DNA from: Candidatus Methanomethylicia archaeon
Lineage (GTDB): Archaea; Thermoproteota; Methanomethylicia; Culexarchaeales; Culexarchaeaceae
Reading direction: 5' to 3'
Length of the DNA: 64,000 bases
NCBI GenBank assembly: GCA_038727515.1
Contig: JAVYVS010000005.1
Location: 32,001-96,000 of the forward strand
The position numbers and the translations under genes are program-made. Of the stretch, positions 50,992-61,381 are shown one piece after another. Each line of letters opens with the position of its first letter. Positions within the stretch are counted from its first letter, which is position 1. Under the pieces are notes generated by a model. It searched no databases and had not been told where the DNA came from. It worked only from the letters and a program-made list of their open reading frames with translations.

Positions 50992-52551
50992 ATGTTTTTA
51001 AAGAAGATTTTTAAGCATGAAAAGAATCCTTCGCATCAAAATTTCGATTTTAAGATTTTTAGATCTAAACTTCCTGTGGATTCATCTATTCTTTCATCTT
51101 ATAAAATTTGTAATAATCAAGTTCATGTAATTATTGCAGAAAATAATGGTGAAGGATTATATATAGTTTCTGAACCTGAATTAATGGATATAGAGTTAAA
51201 AGTCTATAGGGAATTATCTAAAATATTAAAATTTGAGATCAATATTCCACATGATCTTTCCGATATTGATTTACACAAGTATATTCACGATTGTATACTT
51301 AGGATTGCTAAAGATTATGGATTTAAAAATTTGTACGAATTAAGTATAGATAGAATCGCCTATTATATTTCTAGGGATTTAGGTTATGGTTATATAGAAC
51401 CCCTTCTTAGGGATCCAGATATTGAAGATGTTAAATGTGTTGGCCCCAATATGCCTTTCTTTGTTTGGCATAGAAAGTTTGGGTATTTTGATTGGCTTAC
51501 TACTAACATTGTTTTAAATGAGTATGAATTGAATTCTTTAGCTTCAAAACTTGCACATATGTGTGGTAAACATGTTTCTATAGCTTTTCCAATAGTTGAT
51601 GCCATTTTACCAGATAAAAATAGGCTTTCTATATGTTATGGTAGAGAAGTTAGTGCTAGATCTACTAATATCTGTATTAGGAAGTTTAGGGAGAAGCCAT
51701 ATACCATTATGCATTTAGTTTATGATTATTCAACTTTAAGCCCTCTTATGGCTTGTTATTTATGGGTTTTAATTGAAAATAAAAGAAACATATTTATATT
51801 GGGTGGTACTGCTACTGGTAAAACTACTCTTTTATGTGCTTTAAGCGCATTATTCAAGCCGAATTGGTCTGTAGATTCTATTGAGGACGTTCCTGAACTC
51901 AAAATTCCAGTTAAAGGTTGGGAACCTCTTATAGCTAGACATGCATATTCAATGGACAGTAAACAATTTGAAATTTCACTTTTTGATTTAGTTAAAGTGG
52001 CTGTTAGGAAGCGTCCTGATTATATTGTTGTAGGTGAAATTCGTGGTGAAGAAGCTTATGTACTTTTCCAAGCAGCAGCTACTGGACATGGATGTATGTG
52101 TACTATGCATGCTGATTCAATAGAATCAGCCATTAAACGTCTTTCTTCCCCACCAATGAACGTTTCCCCAACATATATTCCACTTATGAACTGTGTTATT
52201 GTTTTAAGGAAAATTGAAAATGGTAGGGATGTAAGGAGGAAGGTTGTAAGTATATATGAGCTAAAGTCTTTAGATAATTATATTGAGGTCTTTAAGTGGA
52301 TTCCATTGTATAATACTTTTTCACCATCAAGTGTTGATTCTCTCATCTCTTCAAGTATTCTATTGAAAGAAATAGCTGAAGAAAATGGTTGGTCCACTAA
52401 AGATGTAGCTCATGAAATAAGTTCTAGATTATCCTTCTTAGAAGGTTTACGTAAACAGGGTGTTAGGGAGTATGATGATTTTGTTACAAACCTTAGATTA
52501 TTTAATTATTCTAGAAGTTCAAAGGTGGTTAAAGTTGTTTATGGAAAGTAA
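50992..52551 (+). CDS. Type IV pilus / type II secretion assembly ATPase
   Basis: DP.IED, IRKF, GGTATGKT, SIED.PE, RPDYIVVGEIRGEEA, TGHG..T.HA. Confidence 0.94.
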   Translation: MFLKKIFKHEKNPSHQNFDFKIFRSKLPVDSSILSSYKICNNQVHVIIAENNGEGLYIVSEPELMDIELKVYRELSKILKFEINIPHDLSDIDLHKYIHDCILRIAKDYGFKNLYELSIDRIAYYISRDLGYGYIEPLLRDPDIEDVKCVGPNMPFFVWHRKFGYFDWLTTNIVLNEYELNSLASKLAHMCGKHVSIAFPIVDAILPDKNRLSICYGREVSARSTNICIRKFREKPYTIMHLVYDYSTLSPLMACYLWVLIENKRNIFILGGTATGKTTLLCALSALFKPNWSVDSIEDVPELKIPVKGWEPLIARHAYSMDSKQFEISLFDLVKVAVRKRPDYIVVGEIRGEEAYVLFQAAATGHGCMCTMHADSIESAIKRLSSPPMNVSPTYIPLMNCVIVLRKIENGRDVRRKVVSIYELKSLDNYIEVFKWIPLYNTFSPSSVDSLISSSILLKEIAEENGWSTKDVAHEISSRLSFLEGLRKQGVREYDDFVTNLRLFNYSRSSKVVKVVYGK

Positions 52552-54232
52552 AAAGTTTTTCTTTATACCCGTAAATTTGGCATTTAAAATTTTTGGAGGG
52601 ATTGCATATTCATTTTCGAAGAAGTTTGATTTAGATAATTTAATTTATCGTTCTGGTTTAAAGATTAGCCCTCAAGGGTATTGTTCAATTTTTCTTTTTC
52701 AATTCTTCTTTATCGTACTACCAGTTTCTCTTATAACGTTTATCATATTTCAATTTTTAAATCATTTTACACTCTCATGCATAGTTCCATTATGTCTTAT
52801 GTCTTTTTCAGTAGTATTCTTCTATGCATATCCATTCATTAGAATTTCTCTTCGTAGAAATGGTGTCTTATCTGAACTTCCATTTATATCTACTTATTTT
52901 AGTATATTGGGTTTATCGCATGTTCCAATATATAGAGGTTTCGAGAAATTATCTTCTCAAAATATTTTCCCATGGTTTAAATTTGAGAGTGAACTCTTTT
53001 TAATTGATTATATATTTTTCAGTAAGGATCCACTGATATCCATGAAAAATTTATCTAATAATCATCCATGTAAAGAGTTTAAAGATTACTTAGAATCTTA
53101 TATTAGATCTATTGAAAGTGGTGGATATCCTCTTTCTTTCCTATTAGATTATAGTTCAAATTTAAGTGAACGTTTATCAAATAGGCTTAAACGTTTTTCA
53201 GAAGATGTCAATATCTTTGGTGATTTAATAATCACTTTATTTGTTTTTTTACCTCTTGGCTTAATTGGAATTTTCATAGTTGTAAATTCATTTAATACAC
53301 TTTTTTGGTTGAAGCTTTATGGATTTGTTTTTTCACCATTAATTGCACTTTCACTATTATTAATTGTAGATTCTAGTCAATTAAAACTTCCATTTAAACT
53401 TAATGATTATAAACGTATATTATTGTTTTCTATTCCACCATCATTAGTAATACTTCTAGTTATTCTAACAAAATTTAATTTTGATTTTCCAATTACTTTT
53501 ACGGTTTTTTCATCATTTCTATTGGCTCCAACAAGCGTTATGTATGAACTCAATGTTATAAGGAATAGGTCTTTAGAATTTAATCTTCCAAAATTTGTTA
53601 GAGATGTTTCGGAGTATATTAAAATTGGATTAAGTATTGAAGGTGCTATTTCATTGGTTTCAAAAAATTCTTATGGGGCTTCTTTAAATAAAGTTATTAA
53701 CGATATAAATAGGTCTCTATCTTTCTCCACAAAATCTATAAGTGATATTTTTAATGATTTGATTTCTAAGATTAATTCTTGGTTTGCAAAAACTGTATTT
53801 TGGCTTTTTGGGGAAGCTATTTCTACTGGTGGAGGTACCGCTGAAGTTTTTTCTCATATTTCAAAGTTTTGTTGGGATTATTATGAATTTAAACGTAAAA
53901 TTGAAAATGAGCTGAAAGTATATATCTTTATAGGATACTTTGCTTCACTAATATTGATTTTTGTTTCTTCCCAACTTATAACTTTTTTAAACTTCTTTAG
54001 AAGTGGGTATAGAACCTTTGATTTTAATATTAGCTTTATGATTGTAGATGAAGTTTTAATTTCAGATCTAATAACTACAATATATTCAACTATAACAATA
54101 TTATCATTTCTAACCGGTATTTTAATGGGTAAAATATCTGGTGGGACTATTTTTAGTGGATTTAAACATGCTTTGGTATCATGTTACATTTGTTTATTCG
54201 GAATATATTGTGGTGGTGTAAAATTATGGTGA
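52541..54232 (+). CDS. Type IV pilus membrane platform protein (TadC/FlaJ-like, two T2SSF domains)
   Basis: Multiple TM segments; ELP and LP.F.RD motifs; SGG and TGG; G...GKISGG...G.KH; directly follows the ATPase. Confidence 0.88.
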   Translation: MESKKFFFIPVNLAFKIFGGIAYSFSKKFDLDNLIYRSGLKISPQGYCSIFLFQFFFIVLPVSLITFIIFQFLNHFTLSCIVPLCLMSFSVVFFYAYPFIRISLRRNGVLSELPFISTYFSILGLSHVPIYRGFEKLSSQNIFPWFKFESELFLIDYIFFSKDPLISMKNLSNNHPCKEFKDYLESYIRSIESGGYPLSFLLDYSSNLSERLSNRLKRFSEDVNIFGDLIITLFVFLPLGLIGIFIVVNSFNTLFWLKLYGFVFSPLIALSLLLIVDSSQLKLPFKLNDYKRILLFSIPPSLVILLVILTKFNFDFPITFTVFSSFLLAPTSVMYELNVIRNRSLEFNLPKFVRDVSEYIKIGLSIEGAISLVSKNSYGASLNKVINDINRSLSFSTKSISDIFNDLISKINSWFAKTVFWLFGEAISTGGGTAEVFSHISKFCWDYYEFKRKIENELKVYIFIGYFASLILIFVSSQLITFLNFFRSGYRTFDFNISFMIVDEVLISDLITTIYSTITILSFLTGILMGKISGGTIFSGFKHALVSCYICLFGIYCGGVKLW

Positions 54233-57200
54233 AACGCCTTCTATTTTCCTTAATCTTAATATTTTCTATTTTAATGATCTCAATCCCATTTTCAAATGAA
54301 TCTCTGTACTATCCTTTAGCTCCTCCATTCAATGAAGTCCAAGTATTCTATCATAGTCGTGGCAGTGGAACTTTTTCGTATATGTATGATAAGAATCGAG
54401 GTGTTATGAAGGGTATTTGTACTGCAGTTAAAAACATTGGCTCTATATTAGATGAAGCGGATTTAACTCTAATTTTTAAGGGTTATTTAACCACGTCTTT
54501 TAGTGGTGTAATAGAAAGATTATTTGTTAAATATACTTTGAAGGGTAGGTTATATGTTAAATCTGTGTGTTTACCTAATACGTTTTCTGCTTCAGCTGAA
54601 GTTGGTGTTTACGTTGATTTAATGGGATCAAGAATGGTTTTAGCTTCTAAAACTATAGAGCTATATTATTCTGGTGAAGATCAGTATGTCTTTAACGATA
54701 TTTCTCAAACCGTTTCTAAGGAATTAAATTTAAGAGTTTTTAAAGGTGAAGTTATTGAGTTTACAGTTACAATGCATATTAGTAGTGTAGCTCTAGGTGC
54801 TCTTGAAGATTATTCATATTCACTTGCAGATTTTAGTAGTGGAGATTATGGTTTACGCATAATACTGTATATCGGATATTTAGAGGATTCATATATTTCC
54901 GCTTCAATAAATCCTTCTAAAGCTTATATTGGTGATTCTATTGAGATAAGTGGTTATTTGGTGGATAGTAATGGGCGTGGTATTCAAAATTCCATTTTGC
55001 TTTTATATCTAGATTCAAATTACATATCCTCTACGCGTACTGAGAGTAATGGTTACTTCTACTTTCAATATATTGTTCCAATGGATATAGTCCCTGGTGA
55101 GAAGATTTTCAAAGTTGTTTTTGAAGGTGATAGTGGCCATTTACCTTCTTCTCAGGAATTTAAATTGATAGTTCCATCATTCTCTTTACATGCTTCACAT
55201 TACAGTATTAAGATACCCTTTGGCTCCGTTAGGGGTGTTGATATATACGTTAATGATATTTATAACTACAACCTACCTGTTGAAGTTAAAATTGGTGATT
55301 TACCGAATTGGATTAGTTATGGAATAGTAGGTGATACTCTATCTATTCCACCATTTCAATTCCATATCTACTTTACCACTTATGATGTTGGTGAATTTAA
55401 TCTTGAAATTTTGGCTGTAGGTTCTGATGGTCAAATTAAGAAAATACTATTAAATATTGAAAGTTATCTCCAACCTACATACTCAATATCTGTTATTCCA
55501 TATGTAAATGAAGTTTTCCAAGGTTCTTCAACCACATATACAGTTATCTTAACCCCATTAAATGGCTATAATGGTCTAATTAACCTATTTCTTGAAGTTA
55601 ATGGACTTAATTTCTCATCACATTTCTCTTTGAATCCAGTTCCTCTATATTCTTATGAGAAACAAATTACACTTACTATTCAAGTACCACCCTTTGTTAA
55701 TGTGGGATCTTATGATCTGATAGTTAAGGGTGTTGATAGTAATGGATTAATTGTATATAGCAATCCATTTAAATTGAATGTGAAGGAAGGTCCATATTTT
55801 AAAATTTCTGTTCATCCAACTTTTTCATCAATTTTTAGTGGTGAAACAGCAATATTTTATGTTAACTTAACGTCATTTAATGGATTTAATGATTACATTT
55901 CACTTGAAGTTTTATGTGATGTAAATGTTTCAAAATCCTTTAGATTCATTTTCTCAGAGAATCACATCAATCTTTCACCATCAAATTTAACTAAGATTGT
56001 TAAATTATATGTATCTCCTTCATCAGATGTTTACGGCATATTCAATTTTACTATTTATGCATATTCATCTTTTCATCAAGATTCATGTAGTTTTTCCCTT
56101 GAAGTTAAAAAGTCTGCATCTATTGAACTTTATTATGTTAATTGGCTTAGAAATACTTGGCACCATGAGTATGTTTTTATGCCTTATGAAGCTATTGGCA
56201 TTATTATTAGTTATGAACCCCTCAAAAATCTTACAATGATATTACCTAAACATATCTTTGGTGAATTCAATTCTTCGGTTATAAAATTGTTTACTGACGA
56301 GAATGGTACATGTAGATTTATAGTATTTTTAAATGGTTTACAGTGTCCTACTGGTTTCTATGAAATTTACCTACTGGATGATTCTGGAGAAATTGTCTGT
56401 ACAAGCCATATATGTATTGATAGTTTAAACGCTTTTTATCAAGTTTACAATGATTATAATTATAGTAGAATACTTTTTTATTTGAAATGGTCTCATAACA
56501 ATGAAAGTATTAGATTTAGAGGGGGAAACATAGAATTTATTTTGAAATCCAATATTCCAACTTTAAATCGTTGTTTAATTAATGATAGTGGTGTTGCTAT
56601 ATTTAATGTACCACCGATCATCCTTGATTCTCATTTAATTTTCCATGTTCATTATGCTTTTTCCCCTATTAGAGTTAAAAGCGCTAATTCAAGCTTACTT
56701 TCAATAATTGTTCCATATAGACGTATATCGTATGATATTCTTAGAATTTCATTTAATGATTTCAATTTCAATTTAAATCTTAGATTCTACTATGAAGATA
56801 ATACTCCTGCAAAACTAATGTTATTACTAGTGGCTTATTACGATGATTCTATAGTTGAATTTAATTATGTAACTGATGTTAATGGGTTTGCCTCAATTAA
56901 TTTCAGTTTGCCCCCTTCCAAATATATAGTGTTCAAACTTCTTTGTAGAGATATTAATGATAGATGGGTTTCAAGAGTTAAGGATCCTTCAGATCTTTAT
57001 TGGGATGAAAATATCGGTGTATTATCTTATGTTAATGTTCAAAATGGATTTGTTAATTTTACCTTTATCCCAACGTCGAGATTCATGAATTTTAAATGTA
57101 CTTTTTATGCTATGTTTTATGATGAATTTGATACATTATTTTATTCTTTCTCTACACTTATTCCTTTAAATCATGGTTCAATCAATTACTACACTTTTTC

Positions 57201-57306
57201 ACTTCATAAGAAGGTTCATAGAATACTTTTCTATATCTCTGTGCATGGTTATGAAGTTTTTGAAGGAATATGGATTGATGGTGATTTTTCATGGAAAACG
57301 TTGTAG
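54226..57306 (+). CDS. Large secreted Ig-like repeat protein (adhesin/S-layer-like)
   Basis: N-terminal signal peptide; beta-rich; three ~100-aa repeats; T..NG.F.F carboxypeptidase-regulatory-like motifs. Confidence 0.72.
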   Translation: MVKRLLFSLILIFSILMISIPFSNESLYYPLAPPFNEVQVFYHSRGSGTFSYMYDKNRGVMKGICTAVKNIGSILDEADLTLIFKGYLTTSFSGVIERLFVKYTLKGRLYVKSVCLPNTFSASAEVGVYVDLMGSRMVLASKTIELYYSGEDQYVFNDISQTVSKELNLRVFKGEVIEFTVTMHISSVALGALEDYSYSLADFSSGDYGLRIILYIGYLEDSYISASINPSKAYIGDSIEISGYLVDSNGRGIQNSILLLYLDSNYISSTRTESNGYFYFQYIVPMDIVPGEKIFKVVFEGDSGHLPSSQEFKLIVPSFSLHASHYSIKIPFGSVRGVDIYVNDIYNYNLPVEVKIGDLPNWISYGIVGDTLSIPPFQFHIYFTTYDVGEFNLEILAVGSDGQIKKILLNIESYLQPTYSISVIPYVNEVFQGSSTTYTVILTPLNGYNGLINLFLEVNGLNFSSHFSLNPVPLYSYEKQITLTIQVPPFVNVGSYDLIVKGVDSNGLIVYSNPFKLNVKEGPYFKISVHPTFSSIFSGETAIFYVNLTSFNGFNDYISLEVLCDVNVSKSFRFIFSENHINLSPSNLTKIVKLYVSPSSDVYGIFNFTIYAYSSFHQDSCSFSLEVKKSASIELYYVNWLRNTWHHEYVFMPYEAIGIIISYEPLKNLTMILPKHIFGEFNSSVIKLFTDENGTCRFIVFLNGLQCPTGFYEIYLLDDSGEIVCTSHICIDSLNAFYQVYNDYNYSRILFYLKWSHNNESIRFRGGNIEFILKSNIPTLNRCLINDSGVAIFNVPPIILDSHLIFHVHYAFSPIRVKSANSSLLSIIVPYRRISYDILRISFNDFNFNLNLRFYYEDNTPAKLMLLLVAYYDDSIVEFNYVTDVNGFASINFSLPPSKYIVFKLLCRDINDRWVSRVKDPSDLYWDENIGVLSYVNVQNGFVNFTFIPTSRFMNFKCTFYAMFYDEFDTLFYSFSTLIPLNHGSINYYTFSLHKKVHRILFYISVHGYEVFEGIWIDGDFSWKTL

Positions 57307-58601
57307 AATATATCTTCGTAGGATTTATGTTTTCACTTCTTTTATATTCAAGTTTAATGTTTATGGGAGAATTGGCTGATCGTTATTATTTTGCATATAA
57401 TTTTAAACCTAACTTTATCTATGATTATATACTCTCTTCTTTAGCTCCTGAGGGTCGTTTAGATGCCTTCTTCATGCAATCTTTATCATATAATTATTCA
57501 TCATTTTTCGGATACTATTGGAGTTATGAGAATATTAAGGAAATTTTAAAAATTGATGATTATCCTATTTCCATTCAAATTTCTCCATCTTTAAAGGTAT
57601 TTGTAGACTTTATTGATGGTTTTCTAGTCATAAATTCATTTCATGCTCAATTTTTAAAACCATGTGGTCAAGAGGCATTTATCTATGTATTTAGTAATGG
57701 AAGTTTAAACCATTTTGTACATTTATATTTAATTGATGGATTTGGGAAATCTAAATTAAGTTTCAAACCTGAATTAGTTGTAGCATTTGTTAAGTATGGT
57801 TCTCTTTTTGGATATGGATTTTATGGGGAATTTGAAATCTTTCATATGTTTATTCCTCCTGGAGTTCTATATCTATCAAGTTTTGAATGTGAACAAGGGT
57901 TTTACGCTATTGATGGTATAGCTGGAAGCTCCTCATCTAGATTAGTTGATAGCTCTGGAGTATCATTTTACACTAGAGATTTTAGAAACTTTACGATTTT
58001 TAGTGGGTATTTGAATATTTCTATTTTTATTAGAGGTTTTGGAAGTTTATGTGTGTCTTTCGGCGTATGTTCATACAATTTTAGTAATATGATTATTTTA
58101 GGGAATGCTTCGTTTCCAATTAACTCTAGTGAGATTAATGAGTATTTTTTAACGATTCCAATAACAAAAAGTTTTCATGGTGAAAATATGAGGTTATTCA
58201 TAAGATTTTATTCAATTAGTGATGATACTATATACATTTATTTCGGTGGTTGGAGTTATTCGTCAAAATTCACTTTAAATTGTAGTATACCTATTTTTTC
58301 TCAAAGTCCTTTATCTAATTGCCTCCATACTAAATTTATTTGGCGTCTTTGGTTTGAAGAAGCTGCTAACATCAGTAGTCTCCATCAATTTAAACCTCTA
58401 TGTATAGTGGTTTCCAATTTTAATGGAATGTTTTATGTAGCCCTTATACCGGAATTAGAAATTTCTATTGGTTGTATAATTAATGGTGATGCCACCTATA
58501 GACTTCTTAACATTAATGGATATCATTTATTGTGTAAATTGTCCTTACCATTAGCGTCTGATAGCATCCACCAAAAAATTACAGTAATACATGAGGTGTG
58601 A
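57291..58601 (+). CDS. Pilus-associated protein with N-terminal TM anchor
   Basis: Hydrophobic N-terminus; overlaps the upstream gene. Confidence 0.65.
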   Translation: MENVVEYIFVGFMFSLLLYSSLMFMGELADRYYFAYNFKPNFIYDYILSSLAPEGRLDAFFMQSLSYNYSSFFGYYWSYENIKEILKIDDYPISIQISPSLKVFVDFIDGFLVINSFHAQFLKPCGQEAFIYVFSNGSLNHFVHLYLIDGFGKSKLSFKPELVVAFVKYGSLFGYGFYGEFEIFHMFIPPGVLYLSSFECEQGFYAIDGIAGSSSSRLVDSSGVSFYTRDFRNFTIFSGYLNISIFIRGFGSLCVSFGVCSYNFSNMIILGNASFPINSSEINEYFLTIPITKSFHGENMRLFIRFYSISDDTIYIYFGGWSYSSKFTLNCSIPIFSQSPLSNCLHTKFIWRLWFEEAANISSLHQFKPLCIVVSNFNGMFYVALIPELEISIGCIINGDATYRLLNINGYHLLCKLSLPLASDSIHQKITVIHEV

Positions 58602-58607
58602 TGGTGG

Positions 58608-59000
58608 ATGTCCAATAAGGGTTTTTCAAGGATTATTGAATTACTTTTTGCACTCATTATAATATCTTCTGCTTCTGTTATTTTCCCACTTATTAGCTAT
58701 AGAGTTTACATTGATGTAGAATTCATGTATAGTATTGCCTTTAATGCTCTTTCTACAGTTGAAGAGAATGGGTACTTAAGTTTTATGGTTTATAATGGAA
58801 ATTGGGGTGAATTAACAAATTATATTAAAAACTTCATACCTGCGAATTTTAAATTTCGCTTAATTGTTTATGATGAATCTCTTAATGTACTTTATTCCAA
58901 TGGAGTTAATCCTAGCGATTTTGTTCATCTAATCTCTATTCCATATATATTGAAATTCAAGGGGGTGACTAGAATAATTGTATTGGAGATTTGGAGATAA
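58608..59000 (+). CDS. Minor pilin-like protein
   Basis: MSNKG/FSRIIELLFALIII class III-like signal. Confidence 0.72.
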   Translation: MSNKGFSRIIELLFALIIISSASVIFPLISYRVYIDVEFMYSIAFNALSTVEENGYLSFMVYNGNWGELTNYIKNFIPANFKFRLIVYDESLNVLYSNGVNPSDFVHLISIPYILKFKGVTRIIVLEIWR

Positions 59001-59643
59001 AGGACAGATTATAATTATTTTTGCAGTATTATGTGTTGCATTAATTTATCAATTAGCTTACTTTATACCATACTATAGTGTTAGTGTAAGTTCACCCAAA
59101 CCATATATTCAACTTTTAAACCTTATGATTAAGAGATTCGTATGGGATTCACTTATTTACAATATTAGTGGATATTCATTCATAGATAAATTTAATTCAA
59201 ATTTAAATATTCTTTATAAATTTTATCCATTATCTATAAACCTATCATCTCATAGGCTAGTTTCTCACAATGGATATGTTGAAGCTTTTGTTTCTCTAGA
59301 CATATATGATTTTAGATATGGTTGTAAGTATAATTTTATCTATAGATGTTTCCTTGGTTTAAATCTCGTTAACTTTACAATTTTACGTTCTTATCTGCCT
59401 AGTTTTAAAGGTATTAAAGTTATAGTTAAAGTTTTTGGGGATGAAGATTTCCTAATTAATTCTCCAATCTTTGAAGTGTCTTATTCATATAATGAAACTA
59501 TTCTCACCTGTATCCCTGAAGTAGAGTATCTTCAAGATCAATACTATTGCATCTACTTCATTGCTCCCCTCAACACTCGTCATTTTACTCTATGTATAAC
59601 TGATTGGAGAGGGGTGAAATGTATTGTGTTTTTTGAATGTTAA
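58978..59643 (+). CDS. Minor pilin-like protein
   Basis: DKG/QIIIIFAVLCVALI class III-like signal; TD.RG C-terminal motif. Confidence 0.72.
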   Translation: MYWRFGDKGQIIIIFAVLCVALIYQLAYFIPYYSVSVSSPKPYIQLLNLMIKRFVWDSLIYNISGYSFIDKFNSNLNILYKFYPLSINLSSHRLVSHNGYVEAFVSLDIYDFRYGCKYNFIYRCFLGLNLVNFTILRSYLPSFKGIKVIVKVFGDEDFLINSPIFEVSYSYNETILTCIPEVEYLQDQYYCIYFIAPLNTRHFTLCITDWRGVKCIVFFEC

Positions 59644-60298
59644 GGGGATTTCGACTATTATTTCAAATGTTATTATATTTTCAGTATTTATGGTGTTATT
59701 AGTTGCTTCATTCCATTCTGGATTTCAATACTTAAGCGTTTTAGAACTTTATTTAAAATCTAATGATGCTATTGATTTTTTGAGATATCTAAGATTAGAG
59801 ATTAATAGGCTTTCATTTGTCAATGATTCTGTGAAGATATTTAATACTCATTATGAAATTAAATTGGAAAATGCTGATAGAATAGCTATTTTCATTGATG
59901 ATTTATTTTTGGGAAGCTTTCCCCTCAACATTTTTTCAATACCACTCTATTATTATTCTCCTCCAATAATTCATGAAAGTTTTATACATTTTAATGGGAC
60001 TTTAGGTTCTATACATTTACGTGGTTATAATGCCCATCTCATTCCATCAATTTCAGTATCAAACTTAGATTCTGTCTTATATGTTAAGTTTTTTGTTGTA
60101 AATGGTACTGGTAGTATCCATGGGAATTTTATTTTGAAGGTTAAAGGTTTAATGAAGGCCCATTACTCTATAGCATCTAATGGTGAAGTTTCAATTAAAG
60201 TTTATACCAATCTATATAATGGTTCAGAGGTTTTGCACTTACGTGGTATTATAAAATTGTTATTTGAAGTTGTTTTCTTAGAGGTGGTTCCATTATGA
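59624..60298 (+). CDS. Minor pilin-like protein
   Basis: VKG/ISTIISNVIIFSVFMVLL class III signal; GGGGTGA SD. Confidence 0.75.
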   Translation: MCFLNVKGISTIISNVIIFSVFMVLLVASFHSGFQYLSVLELYLKSNDAIDFLRYLRLEINRLSFVNDSVKIFNTHYEIKLENADRIAIFIDDLFLGSFPLNIFSIPLYYYSPPIIHESFIHFNGTLGSIHLRGYNAHLIPSISVSNLDSVLYVKFFVVNGTGSIHGNFILKVKGLMKAHYSIASNGEVSIKVYTNLYNGSEVLHLRGIIKLLFEVVFLEVVPL

Positions 60299-60963
60299 TC
60301 TCTTCAGAAATTTTTTCGTCTATAATTCTTATTGGATTGATTTTGACAATAGGATCTATTGGTTTGCAATTGTATGTATCCCATTATGTTTTTACATTGG
60401 TATCTTTGGAAATTGAGAGTGTGAAGTCTTTCTTTAGAGATTTAGTAAATGGTTTAAATATGTTAAATCCAGTTACATATACGTTTTCTCTTAGATATGG
60501 TATTTTGATAATTTCAGTGGATGGATTTCAATTTCTAAATTTTGCTAATGAAACTATATTTTCCTCTTATTTTATGATTTTGAAATATGTTTCTCAATAT
60601 AAAATTTATCCATCAAGAAATGTGATAATTGAAAGTGGCAACTCTACATATTTTTCATTCTATATTGTTGGGTGTGAAAATCAGCTTATACTCTACCTAT
60701 ATCCTCTCCTCTCCATAGATATGGATAAGGTTGTTGTTGGAGCAGTTGTTTTTAACATTAATAATTCTCTCAAAATCGTTAGTGGAAAATATATTTTCAA
60801 TCCATCTATAATTTTCATTAATCGTTTTTATAGAATTACTATGCCTATAAATATGTATCTTCACTATCATTTTCATTCATATAACTTTGTTTTTAATGCG
60901 GAGAAATTTTCACATATAAATTTAGATTTTAGGTTAATCTCAATAGGTATTTCTGGTGGTTGA
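60295..60963 (+). CDS. Pilin-like protein lacking a basic leader
   Basis: SSEIFSSIILIGLILTIG pilin-like helix; ATGA coupling to the upstream gene. Confidence 0.62.
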   Translation: MISSEIFSSIILIGLILTIGSIGLQLYVSHYVFTLVSLEIESVKSFFRDLVNGLNMLNPVTYTFSLRYGILIISVDGFQFLNFANETIFSSYFMILKYVSQYKIYPSRNVIIESGNSTYFSFYIVGCENQLILYLYPLLSIDMDKVVVGAVVFNINNSLKIVSGKYIFNPSIIFINRFYRITMPINMYLHYHFHSYNFVFNAEKFSHINLDFRLISIGISGG

Positions 60964-61381
60964 TTTGAGGAATGTATTATCTAATTGTATTTTGACTTTC
61001 GGTCTTATGCTTTCATGTATATTGTCTTTCTCCTCTCTGAGTATCTTCTGTTATAATGTTATGGATAATGAACGCATTTATTCAACTTTAGCATGTGTTT
61101 TTAAAGATTCTATAATTTATGGTGCTCAAATATGTAAAGATCTTGGTCCAAATTCTAGTATACGTTTGAAATTAGAGGTACCAACTAAATTAATTGGGTT
61201 TACGATCTTTATACTTAATTGTGAATGTGTATTATTCGATATTAATGGAAGAATAGTCTTTAGGTTTAAGCTACCTTCTTCACCCTCTATTTCTTATGTT
61301 AATTCATCAGCCTCTATTTCTTATGAATATATTTTCATTTATTTCTACAGTCTTGATGGTAAAATATTTGTTAAATTGTAA
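60956..61381 (+). CDS. Small membrane-anchored / pilin-like protein
   Basis: N-terminal hydrophobic helix; last gene of the operon. Confidence 0.58.
   Translation: MVDLRNVLSNCILTFGLMLSCILSFSSLSIFCYNVMDNERIYSTLACVFKDSIIYGAQICKDLGPNSSIRLKLEVPTKLIGFTIFILNCECVLFDINGRIVFRFKLPSSPSISYVNSSASISYEYIFIYFYSLDGKIFVKL

Noticed and set aside
45873-61381. Possible integrated element next to tRNA-Pro
   Set aside because: No integrase or att duplication seen; flanking genes are housekeeping and composition is host-like
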